This document shows, one piece after another, positions 38,843 through 51,349 of a stretch of 64,000 nt of DNA (position 1 is the stretch's first letter; the number at the start of each line of letters is the position of its first letter). A model generated the notes under the pieces. That model was not told the DNA's origin, made no database searches, and worked only from the letters and a program-made list of their open reading frames with translations. The DNA is from Heterodontus francisci (lineage: Eukaryota). Made by a program: the position numbers and the translations under genes. The DNA lies in NCBI RefSeq assembly GCF_036365525.1, contig NC_090387.1, positions 56,385,752 to 56,449,751 on the forward strand. Direction: 5' to 3'.

Positions 38843-39501
38843 GACTCGCCAAGGCTCCTTCAGCATCACCTTCCAAACCCACAACCTCTACCAGCTGAAG
38901 GACAAGGGCAACAGATGCATGGGAACACCAAGTTCCTCTCCAAGTCACATACCATCCTGACTTGGAACTACATCACTGTTCCTTCACTGTTGCTGGGTCA
39001 AAATCCTGGAACCCCCTCCCTAACAGCACTGTGAGTGCACCTACACTACGTGGACTGCAGCGGTTCAAGAAGGCTCACGACCACCTTATTTTTTTTTATT
39101 TAGAGATACAGCACTGAAACAGGCCCCTCGGCCCACCGAGTCTGTGCCGACCAACAGCCAATCATTTATACTAATCCTACATTAACCCCATATTCTCTAC
39201 TACCTCCCCACCATTCTCCTACCACCTAACTACACTAGGGGCAATTTACAATGGCCAATTTACCTATCAACCTGCAAGTCTTTGGCTGTGGGAGGAAACC
39301 GGAGCACCGGCAGAAACCCACGCAGACACAGGGAGAACTTGCAAACTCCACACAGGCAGTACCCAGAACTGAACCCGGGTCGCTGGAGCTGTGAGGCTGC
39401 GGTGCTAACCACTGCACCACTGTGCCGCAAGGGCAATTAAGGATAGGCAATAAATGCTGGCATTGCCAGTGATGCCTACATCCCAAGAACAAATAAAAAA
39501 A
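38843..39501 (+). mobile_element. 3' fragment of the CR1-group LINE family of 1201-2312, split by a HE1 SINE
   Basis: PRLLQHHLPNP, catcctgacttggaacta, ggcaataaatgctggc...aaataaaaaa. Confidence 0.88.
39087..39428 (-). mobile_element. HE1-type V-SINE nested in a LINE 3' end
   Basis: Interrupts cacctt|caagggcaatt; full V-SINE structure. Confidence 0.93.
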
Positions 39502-41068
39502 CATGTTGGGAGAAGTAGTCATTGAGGCTGACTGAAGCTGAAACAACTGGCAGAATTAATTACATCCCCTAAAGTTCGAACTGATGCAGGCTGACAAAGT
39601 CTTCTTAGTGGTCTTCCCCACATCCTGCCTTAGAGTGCCTGATTTGCTCATGGTATGAAATGAATAACTTCATATAAACATGAAAGTAATTATATATTTC
39701 TATCATAAAATTAACCTTCTCTATAAAACAGCTCACTTAGCTTCCTGGCCTAAGAATTGATAAATAAAATAGTTGCACATTTTGTTAGGATTAATATTGG
39801 GATTCAAGCCTGCTAAAATAGTGTGAAACAAATGTTCAAACTGCTGCATAACCTGTGCAGGTTAAGAGTTCATTTACTGCATTCTTTATTTTTTTTGTAC
39901 TGAAATGAAATCCCAGCCAGTCTCGCCTAGACAACGAGGACACTTCTGGAAGCACATATGTCGCAATCCTCCACACAAGTGTACTGTGATGAATATATAG
40001 ATGGATTATTTAGTGCTTGGGAATTTGAATTGATTAATACAGCAATATATTTTATTTAAATTCTGCTTATCTGTTCTCTGTCGGAGGTTATGTGCAAACT
40101 CTTATGTCAGCATTCTAAACCTGCACAAAATGGGATCTGTTTAAAGTGGCTTTTGAGGTAAAATATTTCGAACATCATTGTTGATGTATGGCAATACAGC
40201 TTTACTGTTTGGCATCATTTCTTATCCTGTTTAAATGATTACTGACACTGTGGTGATACATTAATATAAATCTGTAATGTGCACTGATGACAAACTACAC
40301 GGTTGGAAGACCATGTAATCTCTCTGCAATTAATTAAAGTGTTTGCAGGTTTTTCACAAGCCAGATGCCACTGTATTACTGAAATAATGCTGCTGTCACT
40401 ATCAAAAATGAACACCAGAAACAACTAAAATGCCTAAATACTATAAGTACTGTGAAGATTTTTACTGTTTGATCAGAAAAGTTACTTTTGATTCAAAGCT
40501 GCAACATCACAGATTTGCATCTATGATTTGTTCTTTGATGGTGATCAAAAAGTAGATTAAAAAAAGTGTCATAAATCAGATTAACTCAAAGGAGCTTACA
40601 AATTTTAAATGTCCCTTTAAAAATAAAAGCAAGCCAGTGTACCTCTACTGATGATTTATAACACTCGTGCAACAGGCTATGCTGTAATAAGCTTTCCAAA
40701 AAAATGAGTATCAACTAGTATATGATGTAAACAATTTGCTTTTTGATGTTATAATTACAAAAACGAGTTTGGTGCAATGATTTGAAGTGATATCGTCTTT
40801 ATAATCTGGCACTGAACTGAACAAATCTGTCAACAGTGCACTTGCCAGGACAGCACTTGTCATTAACTTTACTCATGATTTTGTTAGAAACAGAATTATT
40901 ATCTTTTGTACAGGCCTGTATTTCAGGCATAGAATGGGGGCTCTCAAGTTAACTTGCACTATTTTCTCTTCTGTACTAGCTTTCTTATCAGAAACATATC
41001 ATCCCATAGCTGCTAATGTTAAAAAATAGTTTGCTTTTTTTTAGTTTGTCTGCCACTTCATACATAGT

Positions 41069-41694
41069 GGGCAGAATTTTCATCCCAAGTCCAGAGGCAG
41101 GCGGGCGCATTATTTTGTGTCACCAGCCAGCATACCAGCTTGTCAGCACCATCCCACCTTTGGGCCTTTTTCTTCAAGCAGTGGGTAGGCAATTAAGGTA
41201 AGTTAAAGGCCAATTAAGGCCAATTATCAGACCCCAACGGGAATTTTCCAGTCAACCTGTGGGCTCCCCATGGCATCGGGAACAAGCCAGTTGCTGGAGG
41301 TGGCCTCCTGGCAGCAGCCTGGTGGCCAGCACTCCAGACAGGCTTTGAGGTCCTCCCCACCTACCTGGCCATAGCCACAATGGTGGCCCAGCAACCGTGG
41401 CCATTTTTTGTTAGATTTTTCAAAATTGCAGAGAGCGCACCTCAAGATGGAGGCACCCTCTCCCTCCCTTATCTGCAATGGCAGGTTGAAGCTCCTTCTG
41501 TGATGGAGGGCCTCCTGTTGACCCTCCAGCTTTGAGAGCCCGCCCACCATCCTTAATTAGACAGCGAGCATGCCCTCTGTCTACTAATTGGCCAATTCAG
41601 AGAAAATCACTGCCGTGTAACTGCTCCTGACACAGTGCGGGGCCAGGACCCCCATTTGACCCGGACGTCGGAGTCTTGACCCAAAATCCTGCCC
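41069..41694. mobile_element. Harbinger-type MITE
   Basis: Termini gggcagaatttt / aaaatcctgccc, TSD agt on both sides. Confidence 0.85.
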
Positions 41695-42079
41695 AGTGTG
41701 TCTGAAATTAAGATATTTATTTGTGAAGTTCTTAGTGCTCCACTCCAATTTGATTACGTATATTTTAGCACTGTTTAATGAGTTTTTTTCAAAACTGGAT
41801 GCAGGCTAATAATGAATGCTTCAGAGTCCCCTTAACAGCTGCTTTGAGCCCAGGTTGGTGCCAGTACACAAGGCTTTTGCTGTGAATAGTTAAATCTAGA
41901 GGTAATTAATTAATAGTTACAAAAATCTCCAGATTTTAAACTACTATTTCAAGCTAATAATGAATTGATGCTACAATGCACTCTTTGGAAGTATTATGCA
42001 TTTTTAACTGAAGAAGATGGTCATATGACTGTCACCAAATAATCCGTTATCATTTTAGTCGGGGCTGCACAATCAAGTA

Positions 42080-42753
42080 CAGGAGTTGGCAACCTGCAGC
42101 TTCAGCTCATTAAGGACTTGTGCAGCTCCCAACCTTGATTGAACGAACCCATTTTTTCTCATTATCAATTTTTAGAAAATTGTTATCTAAATATGTTTCT
42201 AATTCAAAAAGAATATCAGATATTTAAAAATCTCCTTGGTGATGGATGTTTTAACAGGTAACAGTTAGAACTTGTGAAATGTTTAATTGCAAAAATATGA
42301 AATTCTGTCAAAAGCTTGCTTGGATCAAAAGTCATAAGTTACAGTTGCACCGTTTTGCCAAGCAAAATGGGGTCGTGCACCATCACGTTAATGGCTTATA
42401 TATCGCCCGCTAGCCAATCACACGAGTCACTCGCAATCATTGATGGTAATGAAATGGCTTATTTCATTTTTTAAAAGCTTTTATTAACATTGTACTTGTG
42501 AGAAAGTATCATTCAATAACTTTTTTGTATAATTCTTTAAAACAGTGATATTCAAATATCCTGTTTGATATTATTACATCATGTACATTTATGGGCGTCA
42601 GTAAAAAGGTATTGCATAGAAATCCATAAATGTGTCTGACTTGTTTTTCATTATTATTGGCATTTGAGTAACAGCATTGTGGCTCTTAAGATATTGCATT
42701 TTTGACTAAATCTTTTAAATGGTTGTTATTGTTATTAAGGTTGTTGACCCCGG
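42080..42753. mobile_element. Old hAT (Charlie-like) non-autonomous element
   Basis: Termini caggagttggcaacct / aggttgttgaccccgg; subterminal gtggctctt; TSD decayed. Confidence 0.55.
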
Positions 42754-44351
42754 TGTAGCAGATTGAGAGACTGCTCTCAATTTTCCTCGAAATTACAACC
42801 CATTTTGGCAAACAAAACGAAATGGATTCTTACAGACTACCACCTCAAATCTGCTACAAATATTCTGTATCTTAATTATCCTTCCAAAAAGCCCTTTATC
42901 CTTCCAGACCCCTTTAAGGACTGCCAGGAACCCAATCCAGCTCATATAAATAAGATTGTGGGGCACAGGCAAACTTTCTGACTTATTTCTTGTAACATTC
43001 ACCCCCATATAGCTATATAAGTGACAGTAGGAGCTGTGGGATGGTAGCCCTGAGGTCGGTACCACATTCAGCAGGTCACTTTGTGTGCTGTACTGAGGGT
43101 TGGTGTTACTTTACCTGCATATCAATCTCTTTAATACTTCAGGGGTTCAGGCAGGACATTTGATGCTAATTCCGTTCTACACGACTCAGATGCTTGCCTA
43201 CAAACTTGTCGCTGCATCTTGGCTTTCTTGTCCCTTCATTTTTTGCCTCAGTTCTTACTCTCTTCTCCCTTCAGTCTTGGCAAAGGCTTCCAATGGATTC
43301 AGATGTGCTTCAGTTTTTTCAAAGGCTTTCAGAATCTTCAACCACCTATTCTGACATTCTGTTTTAATTGTCTCACTTCCTCTTAAATTTCTCTTAAGCA
43401 TAATTTTCCACTCCCACCACCAGTTCAATCACTGCACCCAACCAAAGCTATGCACTACCTTGTGCAACTGAGTCCCTTTGTTAAAAGTAATTCTGAATTT
43501 TACAGGAGCAGGTCATTTGTTTATTTTAGGTGAATGGAAAATATGGGGCTGACATATGTCTGAGCAGTTGGAGCACCTGCCTATAACCCAGGCAAATCAG
43601 GCTCCTAAATGATACAGTTACAAGCCAAATTTCAATTTTGAGAGACACACGTTTTGGAGCATGTGCTAAAAGAGACCATCGTTGGATACTTAGGAAATGG
43701 CCACAAAAATGTTTTACATTTATATTTTTGTGGGGACGAAAGGAGAGGGGTGCTCTGCTCCTGGCTCTGCACAAATACTGTGAACCACTGGCCTGGGCTC
43801 TTCCCTCCCTCAATCTCACTCCCTGCAGCTGCCACTGGCATACCAGTTGGCTGACATTCCCGTGGCCCAAAGATTGCGAGTTGCTTCCGCAGTTCACCGG
43901 TAGGATTCAATTTAAGGCCTGTATAACTGCAGTGTGTCAATAACCACAGATCCAATGTAACCCAAATATCTATAACTATCAATTTCTCAAAGCAATTCTA
44001 CAAATAATAGGGCTTCAGGAGTGCTGTATACAGCCCTTCAACTTATAAAATGATCCTACTTCAGTTCCCTCAAGGTGAGAGAAATGCATGAAATTGTTTG
44101 AAAATACCATGTCAGATATTGATATCAATAATATTATGTAAAAAAGAGTTATGCTTTTGCTTTATGTGAAAGAAAATTTGCCACTATATGTAACATGCTA
44201 TCTAATGTTGGAAATTGGACAGACTGTAATAAGGGTAAGAATTCTTTAACTGATCATTTGACTCCAAAGTAAACATATGAATCAATGATATTTTGATGGG
44301 CTGCACAACATAAGAATAAATCTGTAGGTATTTCTCACACACACATACATT

Positions 44352-44470
44352 AACAAAAAACAAATTGTAATTTTGCTGGAATAAAAACAGATAATACTGA
44401 AATACTCAACAGGTCTGGCAACATCTGTGGAGAGAGACACAGAGTTAACATTTCAGATCTGTGACCTTTT
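44352..44470 (-). mobile_element. Penelope-like terminal fragment, ribozyme truncated
   Basis: atactcaacaggtctggcaacatctgtggagagagacacagagttaacatttcag matches 45645-45700. Confidence 0.7.
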
Positions 44471-45585
44471 GTAATTTCGCTGTTGCAGGTTTTGAAATCA
44501 AAATGCAGATTGCGGAATGATGTTTGTCTAATATTTTGTACCATGCAGTCCTTAGAGAAGTTGAGAGAACCAGCCAGAGCATTTGATCTAATCGACTGTC
44601 GCACAGCAGTTATGGAAACTAAGCAACAGGTCTGTATCAATCAGTTTAAGTCAACTGCAAACCACTTCATGATGAGGCAAAACCACAGTCAAGCCAAGTC
44701 AATTCCAATCTGTTTTTTACGATAGTAGAAGCTACCTGTGCCACCACCCCATCCCCCCCCCCCCCCCCCCCACTGCTACCCTATTGATGATTGGCCAGAG
44801 ACTGTTGTGTAAGCGACAAACTAAATCACTTCTCCTGGTGCTATCAGTCATCCAACTCTACAAAAATGTTTGAGGAAAAAAGATAACCCAGGTACAGATC
44901 CACACAAAATATAGTCAGTCAAAATATGATCATGCTGTACTTCAGATCATGCAATCACCATCTAATTAAGGCTTATTTAGCTGCGAATAGGTGTTACGAC
45001 CAGGTGAGAAAGGGGTCTAGGATTCGCGCTCAGCCTTCACTTGGTCTTACCGTGACAGGATTATTTTTAAACACACCGTTTTTTAGCTCCCCCTTAGTGA
45101 ATCCTTATTCACTGCTTTCCAGTTGTAAGGCAAAGAAACCAGCCAAACAGGTTTTCTTAGGTTTAAAGAAAAAAGGTTGAACTTAATTAAACTTAAACTC
45201 TAATTCGGTTAACACCTACGGATACGCGATGCGCCCATGCTAGAATGCATACACGATGCACACATGCAGATAGAGACAGAAAAGAGCAGAAGAAATAAAG
45301 TGGAAAAGTTTGACGCAATATCTGAAGATAGTTTTGGTTACTGTTCTTTGAGCTCGCTGTAGAGTCCTTTTCATTGGGGCCCAGTATTCTTCTTAAACCT
45401 TGTTCAATGTAGGAGACTTTTCTCTTTTGAGGTTCACGTGTCTTCAGTAGGTCCAGAGGCTTGCGAGAAAGAGATGGGAGCAGATAGGAGAGGTCTTCTT
45501 AGTCCAGGAGCAAACAGACTCTCTCTGAAACTGTCTGTACAATTCAAAAAAACTCAGGTTGCCCAGCAGGTTAGTCATATGACTA

Positions 45586-45725
45586 AAATAAAAGCAAAAT
45601 ACTGCAGATGCTGGAAATCTGAAACACAAACCAGAAATGCTGAAAATACTCAGCAGATCTGGCAACATCTGTGGAGAGAGAAGCAGAGTTAACGTTTCAG
45701 GTCAGTGACCCTTCATCAGAACTCT
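45586..45725 (-). mobile_element. Penelope-like element terminal fragment nested in the LTR
   Basis: 12-bp direct repeat gtcatatgacta at 45574-45585 and 45726-45737; absent from the sister LTR; contains a hammerhead core. Confidence 0.8.
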
Positions 45726-45726
45726 G
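45684..45726 (-). ncRNA. Minimal type I hammerhead ribozyme motif
   Basis: Minus strand reads CAGAGUU-CUGAUGA-AGGGUCACUGACCU-GAAAC-GUU-AACUCUG: 7-bp stem I, intact core, stem II hairpin, palindromic loopless stem III. Confidence 0.8.
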
Positions 45727-46759
45727 TCATATGACTAGCTGGTTTGACCATGTCTGTTTGTGGATTTTGGCAGTCATCCTGAATGTGAGCTTCCTCACCT
45801 TCAGTGTCTGGTGATCAAAGTCCATTGTGGGTTGAATGTGTCAGGGAATGGTCCTTTGTCTCCACAAGCACTGTCTGTTAGTATATAAATGTTTTTTCCA
45901 GCCACGGCTGATCTGTTTAACAGGTCATTTCCTCACTCCAGCAATAGTTTAAAATCAATGTTCATATGACAAAATTAGTATGCCTCATTCGTGACAGATG
46001 GGGGTCTGCATGATATAGGCCAGCTAAGATGTGTCGATACTGGTCCTTGTGCCAAAAGATTGTTCTTTATGCAGTGAGACTCACCATCTGTGTCTATTGC
46101 TAGCTCCATTCCTTAAAGCAGCATTATGGTCAACTTGAGTGTGATGCATTTCCAACTATATAGGCTATGCAGTGATTTCATTGGTTAACAATTTATCGTA
46201 CTTACAGATCGCAGACCTTAGATCCCCATATTCTCTGAGACCCATAATCTATAAACCTTCTAGGTTCCTGCTCTTGTTGCTGCATGTTTACCCTTATGAC
46301 ATGATTTTAACTATCATTCTAGATCTGATAACCTGCTAACCACATGTCATGACAGCCAGATCCGTGAAATGCCACAAGTCATTAGACAGAGTGAGCTGAG
46401 GAATTCATTTAATTTTGTAGCTCAGCATTCTGCACCTAAGGCAATCACTACAACTGACATCAAGCAAGCTACATAACAGGATCTTGCACTGCGAGCGGTA
46501 ATACAGTATTTACAGTATAGAAAGCCAACTACTGGCAGATGTGGCTGCTTTTTACTATGTTGTATCTGTCACTGAGGATAATGCCATTCTAAGGAGTGAG
46601 GATATAGTGATCCTAATGGAACTGCACTATTCAAGTGATACCTTTCTCCCACATTGCTATCAAGGGGCAGTGAAAGACAGACCCCCTTCTCAGAATCAAA
46701 CTGTGGTTCCCTGGGATAAACAATAAGGTAGAAGAAGCTGTTAAATATGATGATCTGTA

Positions 46760-47108
46760 AGTGTCAGTTTGACTAAGTGGTGCACTCTCACCACTGCGTC
46801 AGAGGCATTCCTGGACTTGAGCACATAATTCAGGTTGACGTTTCAGACCTGCATCGTTGGAGGTGCTGTCATTTGCATCTCTGAGATGTTAAACCAAGGC
46901 CCTGTCTACCTGTTCTGGTGAACGTAAAAGATCTTGTGGCATTATTCAAAGAAGGAAAGTTCTGGTGTCCTTGCCAACATTTGGCTATCAACCAATGCCA
47001 CTAAAAATGGAGTAATTGATCATTGAACTCATTGTTGTTTATGGATACAGAACAACAATGACGATACTTCACAAATAACATTGATTATGAAGTGCTTTGG
47101 AACATCTT
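46760..47108 (+). mobile_element. Deu-domain SINE (SacSINE1/AmnSINE-like)
   Basis: tRNA-like head, gacttgagcacataat, ggaggtgctgtc, gagatgttaaaccaaggccctgtctacctg, gtaaaagatcttgtggcattattcaaagaag, L2-like tail gaagtgctttggaac. Confidence 0.8.
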
Positions 47109-47620
47109 TTTATTTGCTGTTCTTCGGTTGAAAAGGAAAGGAGGGATGTATTGTATTCATCGAGACATTAGGGCCACGAAATTGGGACTTGTAGCGCTGC
47201 TGGTGCCGGCACTACAGAAGTCCTGAAGACCTACAGTAGCTTCCAGCATGGCCCACATGGCCCCCCATGCTGGGAAGGGCACTAGCATAGCCGTGCTGTG
47301 CGTGTGCTGGAAGCATCAGAAGAGGTGCTAGCTATCATGATGCCAGCCAGCCGTTCCAGCTTAACTGACTTGTTTAACAAACTTGGTCTGCACATGTGCA
47401 TTGAATGCCAGTACTAATTACTCATAGCAGTACCTGTATTCAATAACATGAGGGATCCACATTAGCTGTTATTTAAAGGACCAACCACCAACATGCAAGT
47501 GAGGTGCTTTTGATTTACTTCTTTTTAGGCTGAGCTTGTGGAAGTATATTTTATTTTTGGAGGGGATTTGGAGAACTGCTCCATAAAATCAGGGAGGACA
47601 CAGGATTTGGTGATCGAAGT

Positions 47621-48745
47621 CTGGGTTCTGTGGTTGCAGTGCCTCTGCCTCAGCAACATGACCAGCAAATGGCTAGAAGTTTACAGAGGGGAAGCTCAGC
47701 AAAGTGGGAGAAGGAGGAGGGCTGCCTATAGAAGACCCTTCCCACCACTGGTTTTTGAAGAGCAGATCTTACCTCCATCTAACCCAGGAGCAGTGCCTGA
47801 GGCAATGCAGCTTCGACAAGGAGGTGGCCACAGCACTGTGCCACGTCCTTCAAAATGACCTGGAGCCTCGAACCAGTGCGAGGATGGTGCTGCCAGTGGC
47901 CATAAAGGTCAATGTTGCATTGAACTTTTGTGCATCAGGATCTTTTCAGACGAGAGTGGGCGACATCTTGAACATCTCCCAGTATGCCTTCCATCGATGC
48001 ATGTGGTATGGGACCGACACCATATACATGAGGAGAGGTGACTGCATAGTTTTCTCCCTCAGGAAGAAGCAAGATGAGAGAGCTTGTGGCTTTGCCAGGA
48101 TGGCAGGGTTTCCGATGGTGCATGGAGCCATGGACTGCATGCATATGGATATGCGGGCCCCCATGTCAACGGGGAACAGAATAGGAAACAACATACAGTT
48201 GGTATGCAGCCACTCACAATGCATCATCCAGTGGATGCCTGCTATCCTGCCAGCAACCACAACACATTCATTCTGAGGTAGTCAGCTGTTCCCACCATCC
48301 TCGGGCCTCCACAGAGAACCAGAAGTTGGCTGCTTGGGTACAAAGGCTACCCCCGTATACGTGACTGATGACACAACCTTCCTCCCCGACCCGGTACCCA
48401 ACTACACGAAGACAGCGCATGTATAACGAAAGCCATGGAGCCGTCAGGATCATTGTGGAACAGACAATCAGCATGCTGAAGCAATGCTTCCAATGCTTGG
48501 ACTGCTCAGGAGGAACCGTCCAATACATACTGGAGCAGGTGTCCAAGTTTGTGGTGGTCTGCTGCACCCTCCATAACATAATCATCGTGAGGGTGCAACC
48601 ATTGCCTCCAGGAATCTGGAGGCCACCTTGGGAGGAAGAGAGGGAGGAACAAGAGGAGCAGACAGGGAGGATGCATCCGGGACCCCTTAACTCTGGACAG
48701 GCTGTTAGAGAGCAGAGAGAGCTTGGTCAGACTCGGTTTCAATAA
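47621..48745 (+). pseudogene. Harbinger (HARBI1-like) DDE transposase, frameshifted
   Basis: LPVAIKVNVALNFCASGSFQ..GD..NISQ, AGFPMVHGAMDCMH, LLGYKGYP (GDxGY with D lost), YNESH...VEQTISMLKQCFQCL, CCTLHN. Confidence 0.9.
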
Positions 48746-48990
48746 AACTACTTCTCTTGATCACTATGGATCCACCATTTGCTGCCATTACATTCATGTT
48801 AGACGTCCCATCACAGCATCCTCTTGGCCACCATCCAGCAATAAAGGTTACCCACAAAACCCTTTTTATTAACATCTTTATTCAACAACACATCCAATTA
48901 TACAAGCAGAAATGAATTATTCACCCTTGTGAATTCCCATAGTGCCTATCTTGCAGGTGCCTTTGCCTCTCCTAATCCTCCTACACAGTG

Positions 48991-49665
48991 CTACCCAGTA
49001 GCTTCTACATGGCTGGTGGAAGGCTGATGACTTTCATGGGGGGGAGACTGCAGATGGACTTGCAGGATGCCCTCGAGCAGCTTTGGCCTTGAGGGCTGAG
49101 CTTCGAACTGCAGCATCTTGGAATGGGCAGCAGCAGTCTTAGCTGGATGAGAAGCAAGGGCATTGGCGGAGTGACCGTTGTGGGAGCACAAATGCTATCA
49201 TACTTAGAGAGCGCAGCAGGTTCGTACTCCACAGTGCCACTGCCAATCCCATGCGGCGGCACCGCAACAATCCTAGTAATCTGCTGCAGCGCAGATTGCT
49301 GGACTGTCGCGAGAGTCCTCATGCCCTTTTGAGGACTAAGATCCGTAGTCTGAGCCTGCATAGCAGCAAGTATGGATCTCATGACCTCCATCTGAATTCC
49401 ATTGCAGCACTGAGATGTTAGGTGGCTTCCACCTGTGCTGCAATAGAAGCTGAAACAGTGGACACCAGACTCTGTATCACAGCTAAGTCCACTCGTGATG
49501 TCATGGAGTTGACTACCACTTCCACGGTGGAAAGGTTGGGCTTGAAGCTCTGCATGATGCCCCTTACCATGTTGAAGCCAGACTCCTCCATGCCCTTTGA
49601 CAGTGACAGGAAGTAGTCTGGCAGGCCTGCCAATGCAACAAGCATCTAGGTGTGCAGGTGACCTC
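48991..49665 (-). pseudogene. Last exon of Harbinger accessory (Myb/SANT) gene, degenerate
   Basis: LVALAGLPDYFLSLSKGMEESGFNMVRGIMQSFKP similar to 2960-3130; acceptor-like ccttttcccag on the minus strand near 49665. Confidence 0.65.
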
Positions 49666-50410
49666 TGGGAAAAGGATAATGAGATTGGTTGATTCTGACT
49701 CTGATTTCTCCTTCCCTGCTCGCCAATTGGACACCTTCCCTTGATGGCATGGCTGAGATTGGGAACACATCATGTATGGGATTGAGTAAACAAAGCCACA
49801 CCCCATCACTCAGTGCCTCAGGGTGTTGTAGTACTACTTCAGTGCCAAGTTATGCAATTTTTAAACAGAGGTTCTTACTGGACCTTGTCAGCTCAGTACT
49901 GCTTGCTTAAAAATTCTGTTTCCATTCCGAAGCCCAAAGCATTTTGATGAACAAATTACTAACGCATTGAAAGGTCAAGGAACTTGACTTTAAAGGGACT
50001 TCACTGTAGTTATAGTGAATTTTCAAGCTGCTCCCAAAATTCTGCTTCAGTTCTGCCATCACAACCACTGCAGCAGATATGTAATTGCATTGCTTTGTTG
50101 TGCTTAGTTGAACTTTAAAACACACTCTCAATAATGTACAGTATTTCTTTAGCACCAGCCACAGTTTATGACAGTAATGTTATGACATCTCTGACTTGTC
50201 ATTTTGCATTTCTGTCTTATAACTGATAAAATGGCTTGCCCCTTTTAAACGACAGTCCATAAAAGATGAACGTAAGTAGGTTTCAGATTGCAATGAATGG
50301 AAATATATGAAAATGAAATTAATATAAATGAAATGAAATATAAATGAAAAACAATAGCACCTGGAAAAGATTTTATCCTAAAGAAAAGCTCAACACTGCC
50401 GATAACCATT

Positions 50411-51349
50411 TGCCCAAATTTGGCATTGCCAATAATGGCAAAACTGTCAGCATTTCACCATCATTAGTCTACTGAAACTGACAGCAATTTCTGGAGTCTA
50501 ATCTTGCACAGAATAATCAGGAAATCCAGAAGTTGCTGTCAGTGATTTCACACTTCTCCATAGGATGCGCTATTAAGGTACCCCACAGACTGTAATCAAT
50601 GGAAAATCTTATGACTTGACGTGAACTTCTACTTTTATGCTGTTAATCTCACTGTAAAAAACCCTTGAAGAAGTTACATCTTGTTGAGTGAGCTTTAACT
50701 GAGTTTTCAATGACATACTAATTTCATAATTTCACTATATATCCTCAGTGGCCCTGAAAATCTAATTGTATATTTGTGGATTGTCAAACTTCTTCATAAT
50801 ATAAAAAAATTCCACATTTTTAAAAAAATTCCACATTTTAAAAAATATATTTAAAGTTTGGGGGAAAATTAATTCGCATATTGCTGCTTCAAGTGGCCCT
50901 TTGCAAACTACATCATTTCCTGGAGGCAAACAGCACCTTTGGCCGCTACCTGTACAGTCCGCGATGCTGTCTGGCCCCGGGGAATCAACATAAATCTGTG
51001 TAGCACCACTTGTGTGAACAAACTTTTTCTCTCTTTGTCCTTATTTTAGCGTCTTTCCAAATCTAATCATGATTTATTTCATGAGCTGAAAATTTAAAAG
51101 TGAAGGATAAGTGCTTTTAACTTCCTGGTTTGCTGTGTGTGAGAATACTTCAATGTGATTGGCTCCTTTCTTGCTTTCTGATATCACTGCTTCTGCACAC
51201 CAAGACATCCTCTTGATTTGTTGCTAGATTTAAACTGCCTTTGGGAAAGGGGAAAATCATGTCACAGAGATTGCTAGATCTTTGTGGCAGCATTCTTCAA
51301 GGTCAGAGGCGAGTGCCCTTGCTTTATCATTGACTGCAAAATCTGGGCC
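50411..51349. mobile_element. Harbinger-type MITE, reverse copy of the 19006-19711 family, with extra internal segment
   Basis: Right terminus gcaaaatctgggcc, TSD att on both sides; ggaaatccagaagttgctgtcagt is the reverse complement of 19582-19605. Confidence 0.8.

Larger units (their letters stand above)
44992..46015 (-). mobile_element. Solo LTR, same family as 27527-28403
   Basis: Starts tgttacgacc, ends tgata (TGACA-like), TSD tagg; shared blocks aaacttaaactctaat, gagctcgctgtag, gcaggttagtcat. Confidence 0.85.
47171..49830. mobile_element. Decayed autonomous-type PIF/Harbinger transposon (convergent transposase and accessory genes), right end missing
   Basis: TIR-like gggccacgaaattgg after tta; transposase on +, accessory gene on -, poly(A) signals on both strands at 48840-48882. 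Confidence 0.85.

Noticed and set aside
44752-44771. Long poly-C/G tracts (also ~16126-16141, 34320-34350, 36197-36250)
   Set aside because: Simple homopolymer expansions, mostly inside repeats; lengths may be assembly-sensitive
47704-48745. Domesticated HARBI1 gene
   Set aside because: Frameshifts, stops, a lost catalytic Asp and transposon context indicate a dead element
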